Shown here: in pieces, positions 1 to 9,334 of the stretch
Position numbering within the stretch: the stretch's first letter is position 1
Layout of the letters: each line of letters starts with the position of its first letter
Source of the DNA: Pseudomonas aeruginosa
GTDB taxonomy: Bacteria > Pseudomonadota > Gammaproteobacteria > Pseudomonadales > Pseudomonadaceae
Assembly: GCF_001457615.1 (NCBI RefSeq)
Contig: NZ_LN831024.1
Span: forward strand, 1,590,001-1,622,000
Reading direction: 5' to 3'
Length of the DNA: 32,000 nucleotides
Notes under the pieces: model-generated
What the model saw: the letters and a program-made list of their open reading frames with translations, nothing else
Database searches by the model: none
Told to the model about the DNA's origin: nothing
Program-made: the position numbers and the translations under genes

Positions 1-62
1 ACGCCGGCGGCAAGCTTCCATGCGTTCATTCTATCGAGCCCTCCATGGCTTCGTGGTCTGCG

Positions 63-2096
63 TTACTTGACGCGCTGGCCCGGCTTGGCTCCGCTGTCCG
101 GACTCAGCAGGTAGATCTCCTCGCCACCCGGGCCGGCGGCCAGGACCATGCCCTCGGACACCCCGAACTTCATCTTGCGCGGCGCCAGGTTGGCCACATA
201 GAGCGTCAGGCGGCCTTCCAGGGCGCTCGGGTCGGGATATGCGCTCTTGATCCCGGAGAACACGTTACGCTTCGCGTCGCCGATGTCCAGCGACAGGCGC
301 AGCAGCTTGTCGGCGCCTTCGACGAATTCGCACTTCTCGATCAGGGCGATGCGCAGGTCGACCGCGGCGAAAGCGTCGAAGTCGATCTCCGCGGCGATGG
401 GTTCCTTGACCAGCTCGCCGTTGCCGGCGGGTTGGGATGCGGCGGCGAGGTCTTCCTTGGAGGCTTCGATCATGGCTTCTACTTTCGCGGGCTCGATACG
501 GGTCATCAGGGGCTGGAACGGGTTCAACTGGTGGTTGGCCAGCAGGGTCTGGTGGTCGGCCCAGGTCAGCGGGGCGACGTTGAGGAAGGCTTCGGCGGCG
601 GCGGCCAGCTTCGGCAGCACCGGCTTGAGGAAGATCACCAACTGGCGGAACAGGTTGATGCCCAGGCCGCAGACGGCCTGGACCTTGTCCTGCTGGCCTT
701 CCTGCTTGGCCAGCGCCCAGGGCGCCTGTTCGGCGATCCAGGCGTTGGCGCGGTCGGCGAGGGCCATGATCTCGCGCATGGCGCGATTGAAGTCGCGGGC
801 CTCATAGGCCTCGGCGATTCCCGGGGCGGCCTCGCGGAAGGCGGCGAGCAGCTCCGGCGCCGGATCGGCGCCGACCAGCACGCCGGCGTTGCCCTTGTGG
901 ATGAAGCCGGCGCAGCGGCTGGCGATGTTGACGACCTTGCCGACCAGGTCGGAGTTGACCTTCTGCACGAAGTCCTCGAGGTTCAGGTCGAGGTCCTCGA
1001 CGCCGCGGCCGAGCTTGGACGCGTAGTAGTAGCGCAGGTATTCCGGGTCCAGGTGGTCGAGGTAGGTGCGCGCCTTGACGAAGGTGCCGCGCGACTTGGA
1101 CATCTTCTGGCCGTTCACGGTCAGGTAGCCGTGCACGTTCAGCGCGGTCGGCTTGCGGTAGCCGGCGCCTTCGAGCATGGCCGGCCAGAACAGCGCGTGG
1201 AAGTTGACGATGTCCTTGCCGATGAAGTGGTACAGCTCGGCACTGGAGTCCTTGCCCCAGAACGCGTCGAAGTCCAGCTCGGGACGCCGCGCGCAGAGGT
1301 TCTTGAAGCTGGCCATGTAGCCGATCGGCGCGTCCAGCCAGACGTAGAAGTACTTGCCGGGAGCGTCGGGAATCTCGAAGCCGAAGTACGGCGCGTCACG
1401 CGAGATGTCCCACTGCTGGAGGCCGCTGTCCAGCCATTCGGCGAGCTTGTTGGCCACCGACTCCTGAAGGGTGCCGCTGCGGGTCCATTGCTTGAGCATG
1501 GCCTCGAAGTCCGGCAGCTTGAAGAAGTAGTGCAGCGATTCCTTGAGCACCGGGGTGGCGCCGGAGATCGCCGATTTCGGGTCCTTCAGTTCGGTCGGGG
1601 CGTAGGTCGCGCCGCAGGCCTCGCAGTTGTCGCCGTACTGGTCGGCGGTGCCGCACTTCGGGCAGGTGCCCTTGATGAAGCGGTCGGCGAGGAACATCTG
1701 CTTTTCCGGGTCGAAGTACTGGGTCACCGGGCGGGTGTCGATGTGCCCGGCGTCGCGCAGTTTCAGGTAGATCGCGCTGGACAGCTCGCGGTTCTCTTCC
1801 GAGTGGGTCGAGTGGTAGTTGTCGAAGTCCACCAGGAAGTCGGCGAAGTCGCCCATGTGCTCGGCGCGCACGGCGTCGATCAGTTGCTCGGAGGTGATGC
1901 CCTCGCGCTCGGCGCGGAGCATGATCGCCGAACCGTGGGCGTCGTCGGCGCAGACGTAGACGGCCTGGTTGCCACGCATCTTCTGGAAGCGCACCCACAT
2001 GTCCGTCTGGATGTACTCCAGCATGTGTCCCAGGTGAATGGAACCGTTGGCGTAGGGGAGGGCGCTGGTAACGAGGATCTTGCGTGGTTCGGACAT
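63..2096 (-). CDS. metG: methionyl-tRNA synthetase
   Basis: 677-aa ORF. Class I aaRS signatures HLGH ([11 protein letters not shown]) and KMSKS (GQKMSKSRG), Cys knuckles CPKCG/CEACG, and a C-terminal Trbp111/EMAP-type tRNA-binding domain ([20 protein letters not shown]...). Confidence 0.97.
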   Translation of the reverse strand: MSEPRKILVTSALPYANGSIHLGHMLEYIQTDMWVRFQKMRGNQAVYVCADDAHGSAIMLRAEREGITSEQLIDAVRAEHMGDFADFLVDFDNYHSTHSEENRELSSAIYLKLRDAGHIDTRPVTQYFDPEKQMFLADRFIKGTCPKCGTADQYGDNCEACGATYAPTELKDPKSAISGATPVLKESLHYFFKLPDFEAMLKQWTRSGTLQESVANKLAEWLDSGLQQWDISRDAPYFGFEIPDAPGKYFYVWLDAPIGYMASFKNLCARRPELDFDAFWGKDSSAELYHFIGKDIVNFHALFWPAMLEGAGYRKPTALNVHGYLTVNGQKMSKSRGTFVKARTYLDHLDPEYLRYYYASKLGRGVEDLDLNLEDFVQKVNSDLVGKVVNIASRCAGFIHKGNAGVLVGADPAPELLAAFREAAPGIAEAYEARDFNRAMREIMALADRANAWIAEQAPWALAKQEGQQDKVQAVCGLGINLFRQLVIFLKPVLPKLAAAAEAFLNVAPLTWADHQTLLANHQLNPFQPLMTRIEPAKVEAMIEASKEDLAAASQPAGNGELVKEPIAAEIDFDAFAAVDLRIALIEKCEFVEGADKLLRLSLDIGDAKRNVFSGIKSAYPDPSALEGRLTLYVANLAPRKMKFGVSEGMVLAAGPGGEEIYLLSPDSGAKPGQRVK

Positions 2097-2226
2097 GGGT
2101 TCGGCTTATCGGCTGAGAGCTAAACGGATCGGTCACTATAAAGAAGCGGCGGTTTTTTTTCATCCGCGCGCCACTCGGGTAGGATGACCGGCATCGATTC
2201 CCCGCTTAACCCTCAGGAAATCCCCC

Positions 2227-3321
2227 ATGTCCGCTATCACTCGCCAAACGGTGGAAGCCACCCTCCGCCAGTACCAGGACCCCTATCTGAACCAGGACCC
2301 CGTCAGCGCCGGCTGCCTGCGCGAGGTGGAGATCCAGGGCGACCGCGTGCGGGTGCGCCTGGAACTGGGGTACGCCGCCGGGCTGTTCAGAAACGGCCTG
2401 GCGCAAACCCTGCAAATGGCCCTGGAGGCGCTCGACGGCGTCGCTCGCGCCGAGGTCCGGGTCGACTGCGTGATCCAGCCGCACAAGGCACAGCCGCAGG
2501 TCGAGGTGATGGGCAACGTGAAGAACATCGTCGCGGTGGCTTCCGGCAAGGGCGGCGTCGGCAAGTCCACCACCGCCGCCAACCTGGCCCTGGCCTTGGC
2601 CCGCGAGGGTGCGCGGGTGGGCATCCTCGACGCGGACATCTACGGACCCAGCCAGGGCATCATGTTCGGCCTGCCGGAAGGCACCCGGCCGAAGGTCCGT
2701 GAGCAGAAGTGGTTCGAGCCCCTGGAGGCGCACGGGGTGCAGGTGATGTCGATGGCCTTCCTCACCGACGACAGCACGCCGGTGGTCTGGCGCGGGCCGA
2801 TGGTCTCCGGTGCCCTGATCCAACTGATCACCCAGACCGCCTGGGACAACCTCGACTACCTGGTGGTGGACATGCCGCCGGGCACCGGCGACATCCAGCT
2901 GACCCTGGCGCAGAAGGTGCCGGTGGCCGGCGCGGTGATCGTCACCACCCCGCAGGACCTAGCGCTGCTCGACGCGAAGAAGGGCGTGGAGATGTTCCGC
3001 AAGGTGAACATCCCGGTGCTCGGCGTGGTGGAGAACATGGCGGTGCATATCTGCTCCAACTGCGGCCATGCCGAGCACCTGTTCGGCGAGGGCGGCGGCG
3101 AGAAGCTGGCGGCGCAGTTCGGCGTCGAGCTGCTGGCGTCCATGCCGCTGTCGATCGCCATCCGCACCCAGGCCGACAGCGGCCGGCCGACGGTGATCGC
3201 CGATCCGGAAAGCCAACTGGCGATGCTCTACCAGGAAATCGCCCGCCATGTCGGCGCGCGCATCGTTCTCAGCGAGCGGGCCAGCGTCGGCCTGCCGAAC
3301 ATCAGCATCAGCGACGACTGA
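2227..3321 (+). CDS. apbC: Fe-S cluster carrier ATPase, Mrp/ApbC/NBP35 family
   Basis: 364 aa. N-terminal DUF59/MIP18-like region, deviant Walker A ASGKGGVGKST, and CxxC (CSNCGH). It is divergent from metG, as mrp-metG is in E. coli. SD-like AGGAA lies upstream of ATG 2227. Confidence 0.93.
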   Translation: MSAITRQTVEATLRQYQDPYLNQDPVSAGCLREVEIQGDRVRVRLELGYAAGLFRNGLAQTLQMALEALDGVARAEVRVDCVIQPHKAQPQVEVMGNVKNIVAVASGKGGVGKSTTAANLALALAREGARVGILDADIYGPSQGIMFGLPEGTRPKVREQKWFEPLEAHGVQVMSMAFLTDDSTPVVWRGPMVSGALIQLITQTAWDNLDYLVVDMPPGTGDIQLTLAQKVPVAGAVIVTTPQDLALLDAKKGVEMFRKVNIPVLGVVENMAVHICSNCGHAEHLFGEGGGEKLAAQFGVELLASMPLSIAIRTQADSGRPTVIADPESQLAMLYQEIARHVGARIVLSERASVGLPNISISDD

Positions 3322-3329
3322 GGCGATCG

Positions 3330-3356
3330 GGCAGCCGTCGGCGACGGCTGCCTTTG
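3330..3356 (+). terminator. intrinsic terminator downstream of apbC
   Basis: Perfect 10-bp stem GGCAGCCGTC (3330-3339) / GACGGCTGCC (3343-3352) with a 3-nt loop, followed by TTTG. It starts 9 nt after the apbC stop. Confidence 0.7.
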
Positions 3357-3421
3357 CCCTGGGGCGGCGGCCCCGGTAAGATTCGCGATCATTTTTCGCA
3401 GCTTTCGACAGGACACCCTCC

Positions 3422-3988
3422 ATGACCATCAAATCGGACAAGTGGATTCGCCGCATGGCTCAGGAGCACGGCATGATCGAGCCGTTCGTCGAGCGCCAGG
3501 TGCGCGGCGCGGACGACAGCCGGGTGATTTCCTACGGGGTGTCCAGCTACGGCTACGACGTGCGCTGCGCCGCCGAGTTCAAGGTGTTCACCAACATCCA
3601 TTCGGCGGTGGTCGATCCGAAGAACTTCGACGAGAAAAGCTTCGTCGACATCAACAGCGACGTCTGCATCATCCCGCCGAACTCCTTCGCTCTGGCGCGC
3701 ACCGTCGAGTACTTCCGCATCCCGCGCGACGTCCTGACCATCTGCCTGGGCAAGAGCACCTACGCGCGTTGCGGCATCATCGTCAACGTCACCCCGCTGG
3801 AGCCGGAGTGGGAAGGCCATGTGACCCTCGAGTTCTCCAATACCACCAACCTGCCGGCGAAGATCTACGCCAACGAAGGCGTGGCGCAGATGCTCTTCCT
3901 GCAATCCGACGAGGCCTGCGAAGTGTCCTATAAGGACCGTGGCGGCAAATACCAGGGCCAGCGCGGCGTGACCCTGCCAAAAGCCTGA
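3422..3988 (+). CDS. dcd: dCTP deaminase (dUTPase superfamily)
   Basis: 188 aa. Conserved Dcd blocks [33 protein letters not shown] and [10 protein letters not shown], ending in the [15 protein letters not shown] tail. Confidence 0.96.
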
Positions 3989-4010
3989 CGCCAGAGCGTT
4001 TCGACACCGG

Positions 4011-4036
4011 AAACCGGGCCTGGCGCCCGGTTTTTT
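4011..4036. terminator. intrinsic (potentially bidirectional) terminator after dcd
   Basis: AAA-CCGGGC (4014-4019), 5-nt loop, GCCCGG (4025-4030), then TTTTTT (4031-4036). The A-run and T-run flank the GC stem. Confidence 0.8.
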
Positions 4037-4131
4037 CATGCCTTTTCCGCCAACCCCTCGCTGTTCCCCGCCGGCCGCTCTGGCACGCCTTATCGCGGGC
4101 GGGCAGGGGCTTATGCGCAGGCGGCCGCCCG

Positions 4132-4151
4132 TCCTGTGAAATCTGGCAGTT
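4132..4151 (+). promoter_or_regulatory. rhl (lux-type) box of the rhlA promoter
   Basis: TCCTGTGAAATCTGGCAGTT has the CT-N12-AG / CTG-N10-CAG dyad and matches the RhlR-C4-HSL operator I remember for rhlAB. An A/T-rich -10 candidate CTAAAAA lies at 4172-4178, at the spacing expected for a box centred near -41. Confidence 0.9.
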
Positions 4152-4183
4152 ACCGTTAGCTTTCGAATTGGCTAAAAAGTGTT

Positions 4184-5299
<1,116 letters not shown>

Positions 5300-5364
5300 A
5301 CCCTTGACCTGCGAAGACCCGGCCTGGCCGGGCTTTGCGGTTGCATAACGCACGGAGTAGCCCC

Positions 5365-6645
5365 ATGCACGCCATCCTCATCGCCATCGGCTCGGCCGGC
5401 GACGTATTTCCCTTCATCGGCTTGGCCCGGACCCTGAAATTGCGCGGGCACCGCGTGAGCCTCTGCACCACCCCGGTGTTTCGCGACGCGGTGGAGCAGC
5501 ACGGCATCGCGTTCGTCCCGCTGAGCGACGAACTGACCTACCGCCGGACCATGGGCGATCCGCGCCTGTGGGACCCCAAGACGTCCTTCGGCGTGCTCTG
5601 GCAAGCCATCGCCGGGATGATCGAGCCGGTCTACGAGTACGTCTCGGCGCAGCGCCATGACGACATCGTGGTGGTCGGCTCGCTCTGGGCGCTGGGCGCA
5701 CGCATCGCTCACGAGAAGTACGGGATTCCCTACCTGTCCGCGCAGGTCTCGCCATCGACCTTGTTGTCGGCGCACCTGCCGCCGGTACACCCCAAGTTCA
5801 ACGTGCCCGAGCAGATGCCGCTGGCGATGCGCAAGCTGCTCTGGCGCTGCATCGAGCGCTTCAAGCTGGATCGCACCTGCGCGCCGGAGATCAACGCGGT
5901 GCGCCGCAAGGTCGGCCTGGAGACGCCGGTGAAGCGCATCTTCACCCAATGGATGCATTCGCCGCAGGGCGTGGTCTGCCTGTTCCCGGCCTGGTTCGCG
6001 CCGCCCCAGCAGGATTGGCCGCAACCCCTGCACATGACCGGCTTCCCGCTGTTCGACGGCAGTATCCCGGGGACCCCGCTCGACGACGAACTGCAACGCT
6101 TTCTCGATCAGGGCAGCCGGCCGCTGGTGTTCACCCAGGGCTCGACCGAACACCTGCAGGGCGACTTCTACGCCATGGCCCTGCGCGCGCTGGAACGCCT
6201 CGGCGCGCGTGGGATCTTCCTCACCGGCGCCGGCCAGGAACCGCTGCGCGGCTTGCCGAATCACGTGCTGCAGCGCGCCTACGCGCCACTGGGAGCCTTG
6301 CTGCCATCGTGCGCCGGGCTGGTCCATCCGGGCGGTATCGGCGCCATGAGCCTGGCCTTGGCGGCGGGGGTGCCGCAGGTGCTGCTGCCCTGCGCCCACG
6401 ACCAGTTCGACAATGCTGAACGGCTGGTCCGGCTCGGCTGCGGGATGCGCCTGGGCGTGCCGTTGCGCGAGCAGGAGTTGCGCGGGGCGCTGTGGCGCTT
6501 GCTCGAGGACCCGGCCATGGCGGCGGCCTGTCGGCGTTTCATGGAATTGTCACAACCGCACAGTATCGCTTGCGGTAAAGCGGCCCAGGTGGTCGAACGT
6601 TGTCATAGGGAGGGGGATGCTCGATGGCTGAAGGCTGCGTCCTGA
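5365..6645 (+). CDS. rhlB: RhlB, rhamnosyltransferase 1 (GT1/GT-B family)
   Basis: 426 aa from ATG 5365, with SD GGAG at 5354-5357. The N-terminus MHAILIAIGSAGDVFPFIGLA is the typical GT1 glycine-rich start. The ORF-track start at 5335 is a TTG with no SD. Confidence 0.97.
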   Translation: MHAILIAIGSAGDVFPFIGLARTLKLRGHRVSLCTTPVFRDAVEQHGIAFVPLSDELTYRRTMGDPRLWDPKTSFGVLWQAIAGMIEPVYEYVSAQRHDDIVVVGSLWALGARIAHEKYGIPYLSAQVSPSTLLSAHLPPVHPKFNVPEQMPLAMRKLLWRCIERFKLDRTCAPEINAVRRKVGLETPVKRIFTQWMHSPQGVVCLFPAWFAPPQQDWPQPLHMTGFPLFDGSIPGTPLDDELQRFLDQGSRPLVFTQGSTEHLQGDFYAMALRALERLGARGIFLTGAGQEPLRGLPNHVLQRAYAPLGALLPSCAGLVHPGGIGAMSLALAAGVPQVLLPCAHDQFDNAERLVRLGCGMRLGVPLREQELRGALWRLLEDPAMAAACRRFMELSQPHSIACGKAAQVVERCHREGDARWLKAAS

Positions 6646-6649
6646 ACGG

Positions 6650-6669
6650 TGCTGGCATAACAGATAGGG
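6650..6669 (+). promoter_or_regulatory. candidate las/lux-type box upstream of rhlR
   Basis: The CT-N12-AG element CTGGCATAACAGATAG lies at 6652-6667, 7 nt after the rhlB stop and about 110 nt upstream of the rhlR ATG. rhlR is known to be LasR-activated, but my recollection of the exact published site is not firm. Confidence 0.4.
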
Positions 6670-6769
6670 TTGCCATGATTTTGCCGTATCGGCAAGGCTG
6701 CGCGCTTGACAGCGTCATACCCCGGGCCAATTCTGCTGTGATGCATTTTATCGATCAGGGCTTACTGCA

Positions 6770-7495
6770 ATGAGGAATGACGGAGGCTTTTTGCTGTGGT
6801 GGGACGGTTTGCGTAGCGAGATGCAGCCGATCCACGACAGCCAGGGCGTGTTCGCCGTCCTGGAAAAGGAAGTGCGGCGCCTGGGCTTCGATTACTACGC
6901 CTATGGCGTGCGCCACACGATTCCCTTCACCCGGCCGAAGACCGAGGTCCATGGCACCTATCCCAAGGCCTGGCTGGAGCGATACCAGATGCAGAACTAC
7001 GGGGCCGTGGATCCGGCGATCCTCAACGGCCTGCGCTCCTCGGAAATGGTGGTCTGGAGCGACAGCCTGTTCGACCAGAGCCGGATGCTCTGGAACGAGG
7101 CTCGCGATTGGGGCCTCTGTGTCGGCGCGACCCTGCCGATCCGCGCGCCGAACAATTTGCTCAGCGTGCTTTCCGTGGCGCGCGACCAGCAGAACATCTC
7201 CAGCTTCGAGCGCGAGGAAATCCGCCTGCGGCTGCGTTGCATGATCGAGTTGCTGACCCAGAAGCTGACCGACCTGGAGCATCCGATGCTGATGTCCAAC
7301 CCGGTCTGCCTGAGCCATCGCGAACGCGAGATCCTGCAATGGACCGCCGACGGCAAGAGCTCCGGGGAAATCGCCATCATCCTGAGCATTTCCGAGAGCA
7401 CGGTGAACTTCCACCACAAGAACATCCAGAAGAAGTTCGACGCGCCGAACAAGACGCTGGCTGCCGCCTACGCCGCGGCGCTGGGCCTCATCTGA
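6770..7495 (+). CDS. rhlR: RhlR, C4-HSL-responsive LuxR-family transcriptional regulator
   Basis: 241 aa. N-terminal autoinducer-binding domain and C-terminal LuxR HTH (LSHREREILQWTADGKSSGEIAIILSISESTVNFHHKNIQKKF). I recognise the sequence as RhlR. Confidence 0.98.
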   Translation: MRNDGGFLLWWDGLRSEMQPIHDSQGVFAVLEKEVRRLGFDYYAYGVRHTIPFTRPKTEVHGTYPKAWLERYQMQNYGAVDPAILNGLRSSEMVVWSDSLFDQSRMLWNEARDWGLCVGATLPIRAPNNLLSVLSVARDQQNISSFEREEIRLRLRCMIELLTQKLTDLEHPMLMSNPVCLSHREREILQWTADGKSSGEIAIILSISESTVNFHHKNIQKKFDAPNKTLAAAYAAALGLI

Positions 7496-7500
7496 TGCTT

Positions 7501-7524
7501 AGGGCGCGCCGGCTGGCGCGCCCT
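7501..7524 (+). terminator. perfect GC hairpin immediately after rhlR (putative terminator or attenuator, no U-tract)
   Basis: AGGGCGCGCC (7501-7510), GGCT loop, GGCGCGCCCT (7515-7524): 10-bp perfect stem starting 6 nt after the rhlR stop. It is followed by ACCAGATC rather than a T-run. Confidence 0.5.
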
Positions 7525-7540
7525 ACCAGATCTGGCAGGT
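7521..7540 (+). promoter_or_regulatory. lux-type (las/rhl) box of the rhlI promoter
   Basis: CCCTACCAGATCTGGCAGGT is a near-perfect dyad (CTACCAGATCTGGCAG = CT-N12-AG) and matches the rhlI box I remember. A -10 candidate TAGTCT lies at 7562-7567. Confidence 0.88.
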
Positions 7541-7571
7541 TGCCTGCCGTTCATCCTCCTTTAGTCTTCCC

Positions 7572-7674
7572 CCTCATGTGTGTGCTGGTATGTCCTCCGA
7601 CTGAGAGGGCCCAGGAGTATCAGGGTAGGGATGCCGCCTTTTTTTCTCGGCCGGCACGACACGGGGACTTGGTC
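7572..7674 (+). ncRNA. rhlI 5' UTR, reported source of the 5'-UTR-derived sRNA RhlS (boundaries approximate)
   Basis: The roughly 100-nt leader is inferred from the lux-box spacing to ATG 7675. The existence of RhlS and an antisense partner is literature knowledge. The ends cannot be determined from sequence alone. Confidence 0.3.
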
Positions 7675-8280
7675 ATGATCGAATTGCTCTCTGAATCGCT
7701 GGAAGGGCTTTCCGCCGCCATGATCGCCGAGCTGGGACGCTACCGGCATCAGGTCTTCATCGAGAAGCTGGGCTGGGATGTGGTCTCCACCTCCAGGGTC
7801 CGCGACCAGGAGTTCGACCAGTTCGACCATCCGCAAACCCGCTACATCGTCGCCATGGGCCGCCAGGGTATCTGCGGTTGTGCCCGCCTGTTGCCGACGA
7901 CCGACGCCTACCTGCTCAAGGAAGTCTTCGCCTACCTGTGCAGCGAAACCCCGCCCAGCGATCCGTCGGTCTGGGAGCTTTCGCGTTACGCCGCCAGCGC
8001 GGCGGACGATCCGCAACTGGCGATGAAGATATTCTGGTCCAGCCTGCAATGCGCCTGGTACCTGGGCGCCAGTTCGGTGGTGGCGGTGACCACCACGGCC
8101 ATGGAGCGCTATTTCGTTCGCAACGGCGTGATCCTCCAGCGCCTCGGCCCGCCGCAGAAGGTCAAGGGCGAGACGCTGGTCGCGATCAGCTTCCCGGCCT
8201 ACCAGGAGCGCGGCCTGGAGATGCTGCTGCGCTACCACCCGGAATGGCTGCAGGGCGTACCGCTGTCGATGGCGGTGTGA
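7675..8280 (+). CDS. rhlI: RhlI, N-butanoyl-homoserine lactone synthase (LuxI family)
   Basis: 201 aa from ATG 7675 (MIELLSESLEGLSAAMIAELGRYRHQVFIEKLGWDV...), recognised as RhlI. The longer in-frame ORF from 7108 merely reads through the rhlR 3' end and the intergenic region. Confidence 0.98.
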   Translation: MIELLSESLEGLSAAMIAELGRYRHQVFIEKLGWDVVSTSRVRDQEFDQFDHPQTRYIVAMGRQGICGCARLLPTTDAYLLKEVFAYLCSETPPSDPSVWELSRYAASAADDPQLAMKIFWSSLQCAWYLGASSVVAVTTTAMERYFVRNGVILQRLGPPQKVKGETLVAISFPAYQERGLEMLLRYHPEWLQGVPLSMAV

Positions 8281-8434
8281 GGTCGTCAGCCATTTCGCGC
8301 ACTTTTTTCCGCTTCTCCTGCCGCATGCTCGGCCCGCGCCCCGGCGTCATCGGGCGTTCCCCTGCATTCCGGGATTTGGCCGCGGCTGCCGACTTGCGTA
8401 GTCTCTCTGCGGTCCGCCATCCCGAGGAGTCGCC

Positions 8435-9241
8435 ATGCTGAAGTCATTCCGCCATCTCGTCCAGGCCCTGGCCTGCCTTGCGCTGCTGGCCAGCGCCAGC
8501 CTCCAGGCGCAGGAGAGCCGCCTCGACCGCATCCTCGAAAGCGGCGTGCTGCGCGTCGCCACCACTGGCGACTACAAGCCCTTCAGCTACCGCACGGAAG
8601 AGGGCGGTTACGCCGGTTTCGACGTGGACATGGCGCAGCGCCTGGCCGAGAGCCTGGGGGCCAAGCTGGTAGTGGTGCCGACCAGTTGGCCGAACCTGAT
8701 GCGCGATTTCGCCGACGACCGCTTCGACATCGCCATGAGCGGCATCTCGATCAACCTGGAGCGCCAGCGCCAGGCGTATTTCTCGATTCCCTACCTGCGC
8801 GACGGCAAGACGCCGATCACCCTCTGTAGCGAAGAAGCGCGTTTCCAGACCCTGGAGCAGATCGACCAGCCGGGCGTGACGGCCATCGTCAACCCCGGCG
8901 GCACCAACGAGAAGTTCGCCCGGGCGAACCTGAAGAAGGCCCGGATCCTGGTGCATCCGGACAACGTGACGATCTTCCAGCAGATCGTCGACGGCAAGGC
9001 CGACCTGATGATGACCGACGCCATCGAGGCCCGCCTGCAGTCGCGTCTGCACCCGGAACTCTGCGCCGTGCATCCGCAGCAACCCTTCGACTTCGCCGAG
9101 AAGGCCTACCTGCTGCCGCGCGACGAGGCCTTCAAGCGCTACGTCGACCAGTGGCTGCACATCGCCGAGCAGAGCGGCTTGTTGCGCCAGCGCATGGAGC
9201 ACTGGCTCGAATACCGCTGGCCCACCGCGCACGGCAAGTAA
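8435..9241 (+). CDS. pheC: periplasmic cyclohexadienyl (prephenate/arogenate) dehydratase, SBP type-3 fold
   Basis: 268 aa. Sec signal peptide (LALLASASLQA/QE) and SD GAGGAG upstream. The solute-binding-protein-like body matches PheC of P. aeruginosa as I remember it. Confidence 0.9.
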   Translation: MLKSFRHLVQALACLALLASASLQAQESRLDRILESGVLRVATTGDYKPFSYRTEEGGYAGFDVDMAQRLAESLGAKLVVVPTSWPNLMRDFADDRFDIAMSGISINLERQRQAYFSIPYLRDGKTPITLCSEEARFQTLEQIDQPGVTAIVNPGGTNEKFARANLKKARILVHPDNVTIFQQIVDGKADLMMTDAIEARLQSRLHPELCAVHPQQPFDFAEKAYLLPRDEAFKRYVDQWLHIAEQSGLLRQRMEHWLEYRWPTAHGK

Positions 9242-9259
9242 TACAGGGGCGGCGAGGGT

Positions 9260-9279
9260 GGCCGCGGGCCCGCGCGGCC
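9260..9279 (+). terminator. GC hairpin after pheC (putative terminator)
   Basis: GGCCGCG (9260-9266) / CGCGGCC (9273-9279) with a 6-nt loop, followed by TTCCTT. It lies 19 nt after the pheC stop. Confidence 0.45.
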
Positions 9280-9334
9280 TTCCTTGGCGGCGGCAAAAAC
9301 GTTATGGTCGGCGCCCCATCCTGGTGCCTGGTCC

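Noticed and set aside
45-2123. 692-aa ORF on the plus strand spanning the whole metG locus.
   Set aside because: This is a shadow ORF antisense to an unmistakable MetRS gene. Its composition is dominated by A/G/V/L/R/D/E/Q with almost no K/N/I/Y/F, and it has no recognisable domain. High GC3 in the true frame removes stop codons from the antisense frame.
4081-4096. Sigma-54-like sequence TGGCACGCCTTATCGC upstream of rhlA.
   Set aside because: The -24 GG is good, but the -12 GC is displaced by one base relative to TGGCAC-N5-TTGC. The element also lies upstream of the rhl box rather than at the spacing expected for the mapped leader. It is not supportable from sequence alone.
5335-5364. N-terminal extension of rhlB from TTG 5335, as given in the ORF track (436 aa).
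   Set aside because: There is no SD before the TTG, whereas GGAG lies 8 nt before ATG 5365. The GT1-family N-terminus begins at MHAILIAIGSAGD.
6733-6758. CRP/Vfr-like half site TGTGA (6737-6741) within CTGTGATGCATTTTATCGATCAG upstream of rhlR.
   Set aside because: Only one half site matches; the other is TTATC where TCACA is expected. The outer CTG...CAG spacing is 23 bp rather than the 16-bp lux-box core. Vfr control of rhlR is known, but I cannot place the site confidently.
7108-7674. In-frame upstream extension of the rhlI ORF (390 aa) overlapping the rhlR 3' half.
   Set aside because: The frame is simply open through the rhlR coding sequence, the terminator hairpin and the lux box. LuxI homology starts at MIELLSE (7675). 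The extension is Arg/Pro-rich nonsense.
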